A DNA stretch of 62,311 nucleotides, the filler included, from Platydemus manokwari (Eukaryota), in assembly GCA_037951405.1 (NCBI GenBank). It is 6 parts of 6 records of this genome, joined end to end, with 100 filler letters (N's around TTAATTAATTAA, not from the genome) between each part and the next. Parts side by side here need not be neighbours in the genome. Positions count along the whole stretch, not along the records: positions 24,737 to 34,072 come from JBBMOY011262874.1; positions 34,173 to 42,977 come from JBBMOY011347205.1; 4 more parts are not named here. One strand, written 5' to 3'. Of the stretch, positions 27,278 through 40,894 are shown one piece after another. The translations under genes and the position numbers were made by a program. Under the pieces are notes generated by a model. The model did not search any database and had not been told where the DNA came from. It was given only the letters and a program-made list of their open reading frames with translations. Every line of letters starts with the position of its first letter. Position 1 is the stretch's first letter.

Positions 27278-27917
27278 TATAAGCGGTCAATAAAATATCA
27301 ATATGTTTGTCCTGCTTTAAAATCAGAATGATATTGCCACTTCTCCAACACCTGGTTAAGTTTCGAAAAATAATAATTTTCCAACTCGGAAATAAAATCA
27401 ATAAATTGTTTATCTTTATTTTTATTATAATTGAATTATTATGATGATTCCTTTAGTTATTATTATATTATAACAAGCAGTAAAATCTCTTTGTAAATCA
27501 ATGACTATATCAAACTAATTTTTATTATTTCATATCATATTATTCTGAAAATAATAAACAATAAAAATAATTTCATTAACAACGTCACGAAATAAATGAA
27601 AATAATTTTTTCTCCAATTTAATACCAGCGTTTCCATTATAAATCTCAATGTCGGTTGTCTATAATTCCGAAACGTTGAATAACAGTAAGTATCAATGAA
27701 TTTACGGTGCAATGCGAAGTACAGATTATATTTGATTGCAAAACACCAATTGTCGAGAAATATAATTTTATGTACATTCTCAAATTCGATTAGTCATGAC
27801 AATCAGATAATTGTCTCAATGTTGTGTAAATCAACCAATAATGTTTGTGATAACTATGTCATCAACATTATGTGCTGACCTTGGTGTTATTTTTCATAAT
27901 TCCGAGAATTGTTAAAA

Positions 27918-28521
27918 ATGAATTTCGAAAACAGATACAATGAAAAATATGCTCCTCTCGATGTAGAACCTATATTGAATCAGCCACCAGAAGTTATTTT
28001 ATGTCTTGTTTTTTTAATTAATTTTAATATTATTATTACAGTATCCAGATTCTGCGGGTTATTCGCAAACGACGGTAATTGTTCAGCAACCAAAATTAAA
28101 TATGGACGAAGGGGCGAGAATGTTTAGTTCTGGGTTGTGTTCGTGTTTCGATGATATGGTATCGTGTACGCTTATATTTATAATAATGATGCAATCAGCG
28201 AACTTAATTCTTTCGTTTAGGTTGTTGCTTTATGTTTTGTCCGACTTGCTGTGTTGGCAGATTATATTCTAGATATGGTGAATGTTGTTGCTCTAGTTGT
28301 TGTGTTCCTAATGCATTGTTCGCTTTAAGAATTCAACATAGGAATCGTCATAAAATTATGGTAACATTTAAATCTCGAAACGAAACTTTATGGAATTTAT
28401 TTGTAAGGGTTCGATACTGAATGACTGTTGTACGGCAACATTCTGCTATATGTGTGCGGCTTGCCAATTAAAGCGAGATATGGATTACGTGGAGGCTCGT
28501 AAAGGGACTTTAGCAATGTGA
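27918..28521 (+). CDS. PLAC8/cornifelin-family cysteine-rich protein, 150 aa; exons 27918-27992, 28042-28165, 28221-28360, 28408-28521
   Basis: Three 47-55 nt GT-AG introns give an open frame with PLAC8 motifs: TTVIVQQP, FSSGLCSCFDDMVSCCCFMFCPTC, YGECCC, ALRIQHRNRHKIMGSILNDCCTATFCYMCAACQLKRDM. Confidence 0.92.
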
Positions 28522-29582
28522 AAAATGTCATTAGATTACTGTGTTCTTGTTTGTAATGTGACTCAATTAAAAATATATATTGTAGATGTAATAAATTACC
28601 AAAAACTAGATACTAAATACGGTTTAAACAAAAATTGCGGAATTGTACGGATTTGTCTATCATGAGGAAACTACATTGTCAGTATCATCTATATAGGATG
28701 AGATTCTTTACTGATGATGGGCGATTACATATTCCATTAATAAATATATGAATACGTGAACTTGAAGTTATTTTATTATCATTGTTATAAGTTACTTGCG
28801 CTGGGAGATTCAGGACTCAATAATTAATAATTTGAAATATATTTTTTGGTAAGTAAAGCTTTGAGCCGTTATAAAATCACCATCATTTGATAAACAATTT
28901 GAATTGACTTATAAAAAGAAACTTGTGGTTAAAGGTATTATTATTTTATTATCATTGTTAAAGGTAAATATAAAGCATAAAAGATTGCTCGTCATTATCC
29001 AATATGTTCCAATCATTCTAATTTTATTAAATTAAAAGTAAAAACGAACAAAGGAAAAAACAGGTTTCACTTTTACATTACAATTGTTTATCCGCTTAAA
29101 ATTAGGTCCTGCATTCAAAAAATAATTATAAAATATCAGGTACATTAAATTTATGAATTATGAAAATTATAAGCAATTAAAGGGGATAAAACGGAAATGT
29201 TTAAATTAATTTTAGTAAAATTAAATAAGTCGTTTTATCTACATAAACCTATGAAAGACAAAACACTGGAAAATACTTAATTAAGAGAGGAAAAAATAAC
29301 TCAGAATAACATAATCATAAATTTAAAGAAATCAAATGTGGTAAAATATATTTCATCAACAAATGTAATTTAAATGTTAGATAGGATTATCGGATAGAAA
29401 ATAATCGAAAATGTGATATCAAGTTAAATGTTCATTTAATATTATTGTGTTTACGTTAGCTTTGGTGACTTTAGATTAATATGATAGTTCATTATGTATG
29501 ATAACCCCATAGGTTAGTTGTGGTCTCATTATTTTAATATTAGTTAGTTGATTTACAATAAATATATACTGTAAGAAGATAA

Positions 29583-31400
29583 TTGGTTTTCATCAGAATT
29601 TATTGTTTTTTTCGAATATTAAACAAAGCTAAGATTAATCCATCTTTTCTCTCCAGTTGTTTTGAGATCTTTTTAAGCCACTTAATTTTACGACGTTTTA
29701 ACTGTCCTGTAAATCAAGAATCACAGTACATAAAAATTGTAAAATTCTGTGAAGACCTTCATAAGGATCTCCGTTCTTTTTCTGATTTTGTTAGAAATGA
29801 TCTTAACTGTGTGATACAACCATCAATATCCATCAATATCGTATTCATTAGACTATAAAACTTTGCTAGCTCGATACCTAATCCAAAAGGTAATCTGTTA
29901 AAACCGAACTATGCAGCTCTAGTACTGAACGCCGTTTTCAAATTAGAATCTTCTTTAAGTTCGACCTGATGATATGCTTGGCATAAATCTATCGTAAAGA
30001 AAACTGTCGTGACATACAACGAATTCAATAGGTTTTCGATATCAGGTAACGGGAAAAAAACCTCTCGGTATGTTCGTTTAATTTTCTGAAGTCTAAACAC
30101 ACCCAGACCGATTAATTTTTCTTTGGAAGCATGACGAAAGGAGAGTTCTAAGCTCTATTTCAAAGCGTTATGATAATAGTTTCAAGAAGGTTTTCTATCA
30201 ATTCATGAATTTCGGTTTCTATATTTATTATCAGCATTATGAGATTTTGTACATTAGGTTTCCCTTTCGTTCGGAACTCGTGCTTCACCAAATCTGTTAG
30301 TCCGAGATCAAGTCGAAACGCCATAAAATTTGAACCATCTTCCAATGAAATATCATGCTTAATAGCAATACAATTCAGTGCAATTTTGATTCTGTCTTGG
30401 TGGCTGTATATCTTTCCCACGTCATTGGCATCAATTAATTCTATCCCTGCAAGGAATATTCCACAAGTCTTTATTATATCAACTCCTCCGATAAATCCTA
30501 GTGAAATCTCTTTTACTACAATGATCTCTTTTGGTAAAATTTTGTTGTTCCAAACTAATGGGATTCTTATTTTCTCTAGACACAATTTATGTGTATTGCA
30601 GAATTCATCGAACATCAGAATGTTTCATCTGTAGTTGTTCAATGCACTTCTAATTGGTCTCATTCATTACTGCTTTCTGATACATCTGTGAGTGCTTCCT
30701 CTGCTGTATTTATTCTTCACTTCTATTTTATCTCTAGCTGATATCTTTCCTGTTGACCCAACTCCACTGACGAGATAGGCATATAGGATTGATGCCAGTT
30801 TTTTCTCTACGAAGAGTGAACTAATACAATTACTTGCTTCGCTTTCGGTTTGAATATCGGCTTCATCTTCTTCGCCATGGATGCATAGTATTTTACTAGA
30901 AATATTATAACTAGGATTTCTGGCTAAATGAAATATTCTAAACGGATGCTCTTCTTTCCTTCTCATTAAACATTTATTCCCCAGTAGGCATTCGAACTTC
31001 CAGTGTCCAAGCTCGTAACAGCAAAAGCAACTTCCCGGTTTTAAATAATCACCACGCGTTGTGTTGCATGATTGAGATTAAAAGACTCTTTCTATTTTTT
31101 GCTATTTAAACCTTGCATAATTAATAGTCTTGAAATTTCTTCAAAGGTGCTTTTCTTGTCAAGCACCTCTGTCACTAATTTCGTTAACCAAAGTTCATAA
31201 CTTGGGTACTTTTCTTTTGGTATTTGCCGCATTGCTGGCAAATCCTAAACCTTGTCATACACTGTTTTGACATGTGAGAAAGTTTCCAAAAACATTTCTC
31301 TTTCTTTTCATTTAAAACAGCTTCTTTGAAACTGCTGAATTCTTGCCACAGTTTTTGGCGTCATCTATCAACAACATGTCAAATTATGGTTCTATTATTG
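29583..31400 (-). mobile_element. Degenerate Ty3/gypsy LTR retrotransposon (gag zinc knuckle plus partial RT); boundaries approximate
   Basis: CCHC knuckle CFCCYELGHWKFEC at ~30988-31029. RT motifs VCLDFRKLN, FPLPDIENLL, IDLCQAYHQV, KTAFST and LPFGL are broken by frameshifts and stops. No intact YxDD seen. Confidence 0.85.
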
Positions 31401-32536
31401 TTTCAATTCTGGTTGGGTCGTGACATAATTTTGAAATATATATGTAATCACCATTTATTATTATTTATTTATTGTACCGAACAATATCAAGGTAAATATC
31501 AATAAATATTAATAAATGTCTGATCGAATACATAAGGATTGAATTTGATTGGAATTTGAAATTCGAAGATAAAAATTTTATTCCGGCATCTAGGTCTACG
31601 CCAAATGTTCCTACCTGTTCCTTTCTTAGACTTTTTCAGATTAAAAATCATGAATTAATAGATTCAAAGTAAAAAAAATAATACAAAATTATGAGAGTGA
31701 TGGAAAAAATTCTAGGTACAAAATACCGAACTTTAGAAACTATATTAGTAGATAGATTTTCATAACAATTCAGTCTTGTAACTCGGAAACAAACAATTAA
31801 GTGAAGGTTCGAAACTTTGGAAAATATGTCATAATGAGGAAATCTTTAAAATTACAAATAGTAAGGACTTATAAGGGTTGACGGCGAGATTACTGTACCA
31901 ATTTATTGATTGACATTTAGTTTGCACTAATCTGTGTGAAGAGAATTTCATTCAGTATTTTATTTTATTATTTTTCAATATTTTAAATCAAACACAACAA
32001 AAACAAAATCGAACTCACGCTATTGTGTTGCTAGAAACATTTATTAAAAAACATTCAAAACACCCCAATATTATTATTCATTTTATTTCATACATATAAA
32101 CAGGGAGAGCTAAGCTCAACCTGGCAAACGATTTCCCACTAATATCAAGAATGGATTCATGAATTATAACGTTCCAAGAATGTTCTTTGGTTATCGTATC
32201 GATGTATATTAATACACTAAAAAGTTGTTCTGTCCAGATGAAATAAGAACAAACACAATAAAATTAAGAGTTATTACTATCCGATGGTTATCAAAGCTCA
32301 CGATTGATTTACTATAAAATGTTAAATCTGATTCCAATATGTGTAGTTGCTATATAGAAATTATCAATATTCAGATATAAACAAAATAAGGAAACAATAA
32401 TAAAAAGATAAATAATAGAAAAATAATTTATTGAAAACAAATAACTAGAGAATTTAATTGAGAATTGTATTGTTTATTGTACATAATTTCAACGGTGTTT
32501 TCCTATGCTTTCGCCGAAAGGGCACTGTTTACTTTT

Positions 32537-32785
32537 TCAAGCTTTCCTAGTGGTTGACCTGTACGTGCCAACACTTACTCTGACTCATTTGATTTCAACC
32601 TGTATTTTAGAAATTAATTATTGGTTGAACTTGGTCAAAGCCAAGACATCATTAATTTCTGGAAATAATCGACAGAATTAAGGAATGGAAATAAACTATT
32701 TAACTTACTGTTTTCGCAGAATATTGCGCTGGATTAACCAATGGAGTGATGATACTTGTAGGAATTTCCAAATGAAATTAATTTC
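32537..32785 (-). CDS. Possible terminal exons of an unidentified minus-strand gene
   Basis: Strong GTAAGT donors at 32708 and 32578, TACAG acceptors ending at 32600 and 32559, locally higher GC and a downstream AATAAA. Reading frame and product are unresolved. Confidence 0.3.
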
Positions 32786-33439
32786 TAAAGATTTATTTCA
32801 GTTTTAAATAAATTATATTAATTTTTCTAAATCATTCTATATATAGGTTTAAAAGTAATGACTTACTATTTATGGGAATTTTAAATTATAGGTTCTATTT
32901 ATAGATTTTATTTAAACTACTTTTAGCTTAGTCAGTCAAATGTATGAAATTTTTTAAAAATTTGAAAAACATTTATATTATTACTATCGTCCATTTTGGA
33001 CGGCGGCTGTATTAAACATATTTATACAAGAAAATTACAATATATCATTTGATATATTCCGATTATAGCTTTAATACCTTAGATATTGATTTAAGACTCT
33101 ATTCCGGTAGAGTTGTTTGTCAAGTTTTCTGCTCTCTTATGGGTAGTCCTGTAAGAGCATTTATTGGAGGTTAAGCCCTAATGACACTGTAACCCCGTAC
33201 GCTGACTTTGGGCTGATTCAAGCTAGAATCAATATGTAGTGGAACCGGGTGATATGAATATAAGATATTAATAAACTCCTTAATCAAAGATAAATAATTT
33301 GTACAGTAATTTCAATAAATGAACAATACAATGTTAATGTTAACTCATTTTACCAATATAAAACAAATTAAAATGATTATTGGACTACATTACATATTTT
33401 TGTTTAAACATTATGTATCTTTTAAATAGTATTATATTC

Positions 33440-33800
33440 CTACTAATGCTTACGACTTCTAGTGAATGATCCAACAAAATTTAATGACAATGTTAAAGAT
33501 GATCGAAAACAGATACTGCAATGATCGGATCATGAAATTGGATTCTAAATCAAAGGTCGTATCGGCTGGCACATCATCTGACTTGGATTTGTTTCAATTT
33601 AGCTTTTACAATCGAATTAGTCGACCTTCAACTTCTTTGATTTTAATAACGAATGACGATAGCTGTCCTCTCTTATTGTATCGTTCTGCCTTTTATATCA
33701 ATTCGTCTTTTGTTTAGATTCTTGAATGTTGCTAGTTAGGCTTCCTGAATATTGATATTTGCTCTTGTAGTTGTAGTCTATTGCTATCTATTGTTTAAAA
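33440..33800 (-). mobile_element. Degenerate LINE ORF2 fragment (region preceding RT)
   Basis: Minus-strand translation ...EVEGRLIRL*KLN*NKSKSDDVP..., then after a frameshift LQYLFSIIFN, resembles the L..L...KSPGPDGIP...L..IFN motif of non-LTR ORF2. Confidence 0.5.
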
Positions 33801-34573
33801 TTCTCCGTCTCTATATGTGATGATAATCAGATATTTCTTCGTGAATAGTTTTATCGGTACTTTTTAAACGTATTTTAAATTGCGCTTCTTTTTAAATTGT
33901 TTAACCTTATATATTATTATTAATTATATTTCTTTTTATTTTAAGGTTTTATTATATCTATTTTTCCCCTCTTTTTATTTTTGGTTTCTTATTTTAAGCT
34001 ATTTTGAAATTTAATTTTAGGTTATTCCAGTTCCTTTTATATTTTAAGTTTTATTTGTCATTATTTTCTAAANNNNNNNNNNNNNNNNNNNNNNNNNNNN
34101 NNNNNNNNNNNNNNNNTTAATTAATTAANNNNNNNNNNNNNNNNNNNNNNNNNNNNNNNNNNNNNNNNNNNNATAAATCTCAATCAAAATCTTTTTCAAT
34201 TTTATTCTTTTAATAAAAAACGGACATTACTTTTCGGATGACCTAATAATTAAATACACTTTGAAATAAAACACCCAGTGTAAACTCATAATAAACTCTG
34301 TCAAATGAAAGTCATTAATAAAACAAAATTACTTATAAAAAACAGTAGTTATTGCCGATATTAGATTATTTTTATAATGAATACCTATCCACATTATGAA
34401 ACGAATTCCATGAATTAAAAATGCTCTTTAATAATCTATTTGTTTTCATATTTAATTTCAGTAAAATATCAATGATTTTCTTTTAGATTTTTTCTAAAAA
34501 TATCCGTTATCATTTTTAATCATATTTTTAAAAGTTTGTTTTCGTCGTTCTATATAAAATCAAGAAGCATTGA

Positions 34574-37500
34574 ATGGCTGAAGAGGCAGAGAAAAATATT
34601 TTCAAAATGAAATTAAAGATATACATTGATTCAATTCATTTTAAAATGTGTGTGATAGAAGTTTAAAATTCTGCAAGAATGTGATTATCCAGTGTTTTAT
34701 TTACGATTGGATAAATTTTAATAAGGATTAATTTTAAAAGAATCTCGTGTAAAATCGTTTATTAATTTGAAATCCTATTTTTTAATAATTAACTATATAT
34801 TGTGAATATTTTAAATTTTTTTAAAAAGTTTTTAATGAGAATTATTGCATAAAGTTAATGTGCAATATTTTCATCGTTTTTATTCTCACCATAAATTTGT
34901 ATTTTGAAGAAGCAATAATTAGAAAACAATATCTTATGTAACGAGTAAGTCGATTTGATTCACAAATTAGAAGAGTGTCTCTTAATAAGGGATCTACACC
35001 GAGTAAAAGTTTTGAATTTGTTTTTGAAAGTAAAGGCATGAATAATCGGAAGAAATATTAAGTCATAAGAAAGGATAGAATAAAATGGAATTTGGTGATG
35101 CTGAAATTTTGAATATAAATAAGAGAACATGGAAATACGTTTAGGTTTCAAGATTTTATTTAGATGAAATCATTCTTAAATATATTCTTCAAACATGAAT
35201 CCACATGTTAATGATAGAAAAAGTGAAACCATAAGCATGACTGAGTACTATTAAAGAGCAAGTGCAATGAGAGAAATTCAGTTCTATAGGATTTAGTTTA
35301 ATATTTTTTAAAGGAGACCATATTTTTTACAAATCATTATTTGAAAAGCATTGCAAATATATTCGAGATAATCCGACACATTATTTATATGTTATTTTAG
35401 GGACTAATATTCAACGATGCTGTGGTTTATTTAGATGATCTCAAAATGAAATCTGAAGGCTATTATAACAAAATACTTTAGGAAGTCTTTCATCTTATTA
35501 GAATATATAGATTTATTTAGAAAAGATATGAAATGTCCTTCTGTTTTTTCATAAATGAGGTTTTTAAAGACCTAAAAATGTACAAACGAAAACCAGAAAG
35601 ATCCTTGAATGTTAATTGATCCCAATGACTGGTTATTGATCTCCAGAGTCGAGTCTTTTTATAAACCTCATTGAGTGTATCTATTTGCTGATCATAGTTT
35701 TGCTTTTCAAATAAAGGAACTGCTTTCACTAATTAAGCACTTATTGGAACAAAAATATCCTTGTAATATATCCTTATATAGTAACCCTCATTTGTGGTTT
35801 TAATTTTTAGGCTATTTCTGACACATGCCATCAAATCAATTCATATGCTGTACAATGGAGTCTGAATAATAGAATATCAGATCACTAAATGATCATCATT
35901 AAACTTACTACAATGATTTAAATACTCATACTATATGTACGATCAGGAAATTTGATGATAAAATGTACTTAGGGTTTTTAAATTTCGTGAATTTATTAGC
36001 ATAATTGTATTAATTTTCACAACTTATTTTAGTTTATTATATTTATAGATCGAAATATTTGGTCCCATTGTCATTAAATTTAAACATAGCATATCGATTT
36101 TGTATCATTCTGACAACACTGCGAATTCATTAAAATCCAAAAAAATGTTCTGTCGATTTCATGAGGTTTTCTATGAGTTGGGATGGAGTATACTCTGCTC
36201 ATCTACTCTGACTTATGAAAGGTCTCTGTCAACATGGTTCTTTGGTAAGAATTACAATCCTATCGTGGAAATCTTAGATACTCTTCCAAATAAATTCTGT
36301 GTGATTGGGTTGAGTAGGTGGGACAGGTGAATTGATTTTCTGAATTTGTTGTTTATTAATTTGCTATAATACAAGAAATAAGAAATATGTGATTTAATTA
36401 ATTTTGAAAGAGACCCAGTTTTATTAATAATCTATTTATAGTCCATATATAGTCTACCTATAGTTTATATATAGTCCACATACCAAATTTTTGATTAGGA
36501 AATTAAAATTATAGATTCATGATTATTAGAAATATATAACCAATTTTCTTTGGAGAATTATTTAAAATGCTACAACATTTCTATTTTATCATTTTATCAA
36601 ATTAATTTGTCATCAGATGACTTTGAGATGACTTTGTTTATGGAAGACGATTAAAGTGTAAATTTGTTAGAAAACAATGTTATGAATATCGTTATGCAGT
36701 TACAATGAAATGAATTTAACAAATCAATTATAAATTAAAATTATGAAAAACATAGAAAGACAGAATTAACGAGCAAAAGTACCATATGTCAATGACACAC
36801 AGTTTTGTTACACGATTTTAAGCTTAATTACTGGAGAAACGATATTGTTGAATAAAGATGAAATTCCACAAAAAGACAAATGATTTTGACATTGAAATTC
36901 TTATTTTAGCATTTTAAGAAATTGAAAGTCTACACAATCAACCAATCATCGGTAACTTAAATGGAAAATTATGATATGAAAAATAAACAGCCACACAGTA
37001 TCACATATAGTTAATTATCAAAGTCAATAGGTGCTTGAGGAACAAAAGATCAAATCAATATGTGATACAAACACAATGCAAAAATTACACAGAAATCAAA
37101 AGTATAAATACCGATTTACAAATGTCCAACTGAAAGTTGGATTATATTTTGTCCAGTTTTAGAGGTAATTGTATCGTACAGATTAGTAGGTTACCAAAAA
37201 TTCAGATTGCAACATTCGATTCTTTTTGTTGTCAATAATGTAATAAGAAAAAGTAATGTTTTTAAATATAAAATATAAGCTATATTCACTTGACAACAAT
37301 CTAATTAATAAGAAACAGGCATACTTTGAATTCGCTAATATAATTGCAAATGATTATCACAAATCCATTGTATATAATTTTATATGAAAGTATTCAAATT
37401 ATGAAGAATTTCTATAAGTTTTTGAAGATGTATTCGAGTATTAATATAAACTTCATCAAGTCGTTGATAGAGAATCAAGCATTTTCCTCTATGCAGCTCG

Positions 37501-40500
37501 CTCATTTTATAATAAGTAAAATTTTATTTTGTTTGATATAGTTGAAACACCGCAAGGATGTGAGTATTGCGTGTACTTAACTTGTATTTGATATTTTCAC
37601 GGTTCTATTTAAAGTTATCAATCCATAAAACGGTGGTTGGTTAAAACTTGTGTATGGATCGTTATTTAGCCTTATTTCAGACAGCGAAAGGTAGTGTGTA
37701 TTGTTTGATCGTATGTCTAGCTTTATGGACATGAACATTCAAAAACAATAGATGTTCCACACTAACGGGCATTAAATTATTCGAGGAATCTTTATCAATT
37801 GAATAATTCAAGGGACAATAAATAATTCCGATAGCAAATAATTTCGAAAAGCACAGTTAACTATCTAATTGATTATTGTAATCATTTCTTCTTATACATT
37901 GGCTTTAATATTGGTAGTAGGAATACCAATTACCGCATGTTATATCTGGACCACAGTTTTTTTGCGAAAATTGAAGCAAGTAATGCATATCAACACAGAA
38001 ATTATTAAAAAATTCGGAAAACATTAATTTTTTATTTAACTGTTCAATTTTTGCATTGAACGTTTGTAATTTCAATGATGTAGATATAATCAATTTGTTT
38101 TATATTGATAATTAGATTGCAGTTTATCGATTTACCAAATGAGTTGCAAATTCCTATCATCGAATGCATACGTACAAGTTGGAAAAGAGGTATTCAGAAT
38201 ACAGAGATTGAAAATATTGTCAATTGTTGGTCTGTAAAACTGAAGGGAAACCCATGGTCATGTTCTAGTTAAATACTAGTTATACAGATTTAGTTAATAC
38301 TTAAATTCAGATGAAGAGAGTCTGGATGCAAGATATCTTGTTCTATGCCTCATCAGATTCATGAGCAGTAATAATTGGAGATTGGTTAACTCAACTAGTT
38401 TAAAGCTGGACACATCAGATACGATGTTTTTTCGTTATTTTACAAACCCCATTGGTTTTGCATATCCAGATACAATGCCAGAATATTATTTCATGTTGGC
38501 ATTAATGGGAAACAATTATTTTTCGATTTTAGGAGGCGATGATAGTATAATAAATAAAATTTAATATTTTGAATTGACATTATGAATAGTGATAAGGGAT
38601 ACAATTTCAAAATCGTGTGTACAAAATGAAAGAAAAGGTGTGAAGTCAGTCCATCTGAAACACAATTATCCTGCCGTAGAGCTTGTAACCAATATCTGGA
38701 GTCGATCCTTGAAAAACGAAATGGAAACGAGAAAGTTGATGACTTTGATATTCCAAGTTTGTTTTATTTTGAGATTATTTCTTTTATTAACAATTTGTAA
38801 GTGTTTCGTAAAAAAAACATGAAATATTATAGCTAAATATTTACTTGTATTGAGATTACCGGTTTTGGCAATCAGATGTAACAATAATATTTAAGATATT
38901 AATAATATAACAAAATAATAACTATTTAAGATATTCGAATGTTGCTATTTATTCAGACCTGTTTCAAAAACAGATGTCCTGCTATCACTTTAAAGCTTTC
39001 AAATACATAAATATTGTTTGATATTATAACTTTCCCCATCACATGATATATAATAATTTTCTTCTGATTTGAATTCCTTTTCAGAATATTGTTTATTTTA
39101 TAATTTTAACAAATCATTTTTGAACTTCTTCTGACTTAGATAAAACTCATTTATCTTTAAATACGAATGTTTCTATTTAAGTACAATAGTAAAAATATCG
39201 ATAATCAATCAACGGTACAGACTCAGAGTTATCTCATGGCCGTATTATTATTCTCAACAAACACTTCAAGGCCTTACAAATAACGCCCTACTTATAAAAT
39301 AATCTAACTTGCCCACCTGCTTCAAGTAGGTGGACCTTTGGTTAAGCTCTATATTAAAATTAATTGTTACAAATTCTTGAGCTACTGTTTAATGGCATAA
39401 TTAAACAGTATACCTGTATTTTGATTATCTTTAACAGCACATTTAAAAGACTCATCCATAATCTAATATACTCGAAAAGATTTTAATGAGATAGAAAAGA
39501 TATAACGAAGGTAGAATATTTCTATATACATAAATATGCGGAAAGATAGCAAAACAAAGACAATCAAACACTTAAAGGAAAGGAGTCTGTATTTTAAATA
39601 AATTACAATTTTAATAGTTTTATTCAAATTTTATAAAAAATTAATAATTGGTTTATATAATTTTATTTAAATTTATAATTAAAATTTCGGTTAGTTCACA
39701 AAGAGTGCTTCTTGCTTACATTCCTTCTTGGTACTTGAACATAGAAAGGAATTCTAAGAACTTTCCGAATAATAGGTATCATTGGAAAATGCTTGGGTCA
39801 TTTGTCCAATCAAATGCTAGTTCTTATTCAATATCATATTTGTAGATCTTTAACTAATACATGTTAATTTTGAATACACACACTCAATTATTTATCCATT
39901 CCTTTATTCTTACTGAAATTCATTTATGCTAAATTAATAATACAAATTTGAATATTTATGAAATAATTCTTGTCATAAATTACTAATAATAAAAAAAATT
40001 TCGAATGATTTTGATTTGTATAAATCTAGGATTTAGGAACAGCTGGTTGGCAACCGATCCAATCAATCAATTGTTCTCGACATATTAGAGATATGAGCAA
40101 TATTGTTTTTGTTCGAATTCCTCCATCTAGAATAATGTATTTCTGTCTTTGTCCGAGAAAATATCAAAGTATCTGTTTAATCAATGCCACCGAAGAAGTG
40201 ATAAACATTGTTGTGAGAACATTTTCAGAATCTTATGCAATATATGACGAAGCGATAAAGGTATTCACAATATTGATATTGATAAAATAATGATGAGTTT
40301 TTACCTTCAATAATTTGATTGTATTGAAAAAAACCAATGTCAATCTTGTCAATAATTCTTTTATCTTTATTATATTTAATAAGATCTTCATATTCTTGAT
40401 TTTAATAAAGAAATATATAAAAGTAATACAATAATAATTATAGTAATTATAAAAATTTTAATTCTAAAATGATTTTTTAAAGTAAAATATTTTGTTGTAT

Positions 40501-40894
40501 TATTTATTGCAACTATTTAAAGATAAATGTGAGAAACTCAATAATTTTTCTTGATTTATTGCAAACGATAATGGTAGTTCACATAAATTTATTGGTTTTA
40601 TTCAAAATTTATCAAACTATAGATATAAATGTTTTTCAGATGTCTAATTATGGCTTGGCGACTTCGATCGATTTTGGTGGTCATCCATTTTGTTCAAATG
40701 TTGGAGGTAGTCTCGTGTTTCAAGTAGCATTGTCGGCTATTATTAATTCTTTGAGAAATATTGGTTGGAATTTAATCCTGTCTGCGGATACTTCCAATGA
40801 AGTGCGGACACAAAATAGTGGAAACAAAAATTTCCAAACATATGTGAAATGGAGCATATGTGGTTTGTGGTTTTCAAAACTCTTGACAAATTGA
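34574..40894 (+). CDS. Uncharacterised ~480-aa protein of four tandem ~100-aa alpha/beta repeats. Confident exons: 36049-36326, 38116-38267, 38311-38544, 38590-38756, 40030-40260, 40640-40894. Tentative 5' exons: 34574-34660, 35811-35849
   Basis: Six exons join in frame through GT-AG introns. Recurring pattern: F-x-I-x-L...DRLQFIDLP...I...SWKRGIQ...VKLKGNPW...LGW-x-(L/I)...S...(W/M/V)F. The four units carry ELGWSIL, NNWRLV, AGWQPI and IGWNLI. Confidence 0.8.
34900..35760. mobile_element. Rearranged LTR-retrotransposon pol debris inside the putative first intron of the repeat-protein gene
   Basis: Plus-strand GLIFNDAVVYLDDL (RT YxDD) at ~35401-35442. The adjacent minus-strand ORF 35517-35729 (RLWRSITSHWDQL) resembles the gypsy RNaseH-integrase linker. 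Confidence 0.55.

Noticed and set aside
30239-30634. 131-aa plus-strand ORF (also 29583-29858)
   Set aside because: Antisense to the gypsy pol remnant.
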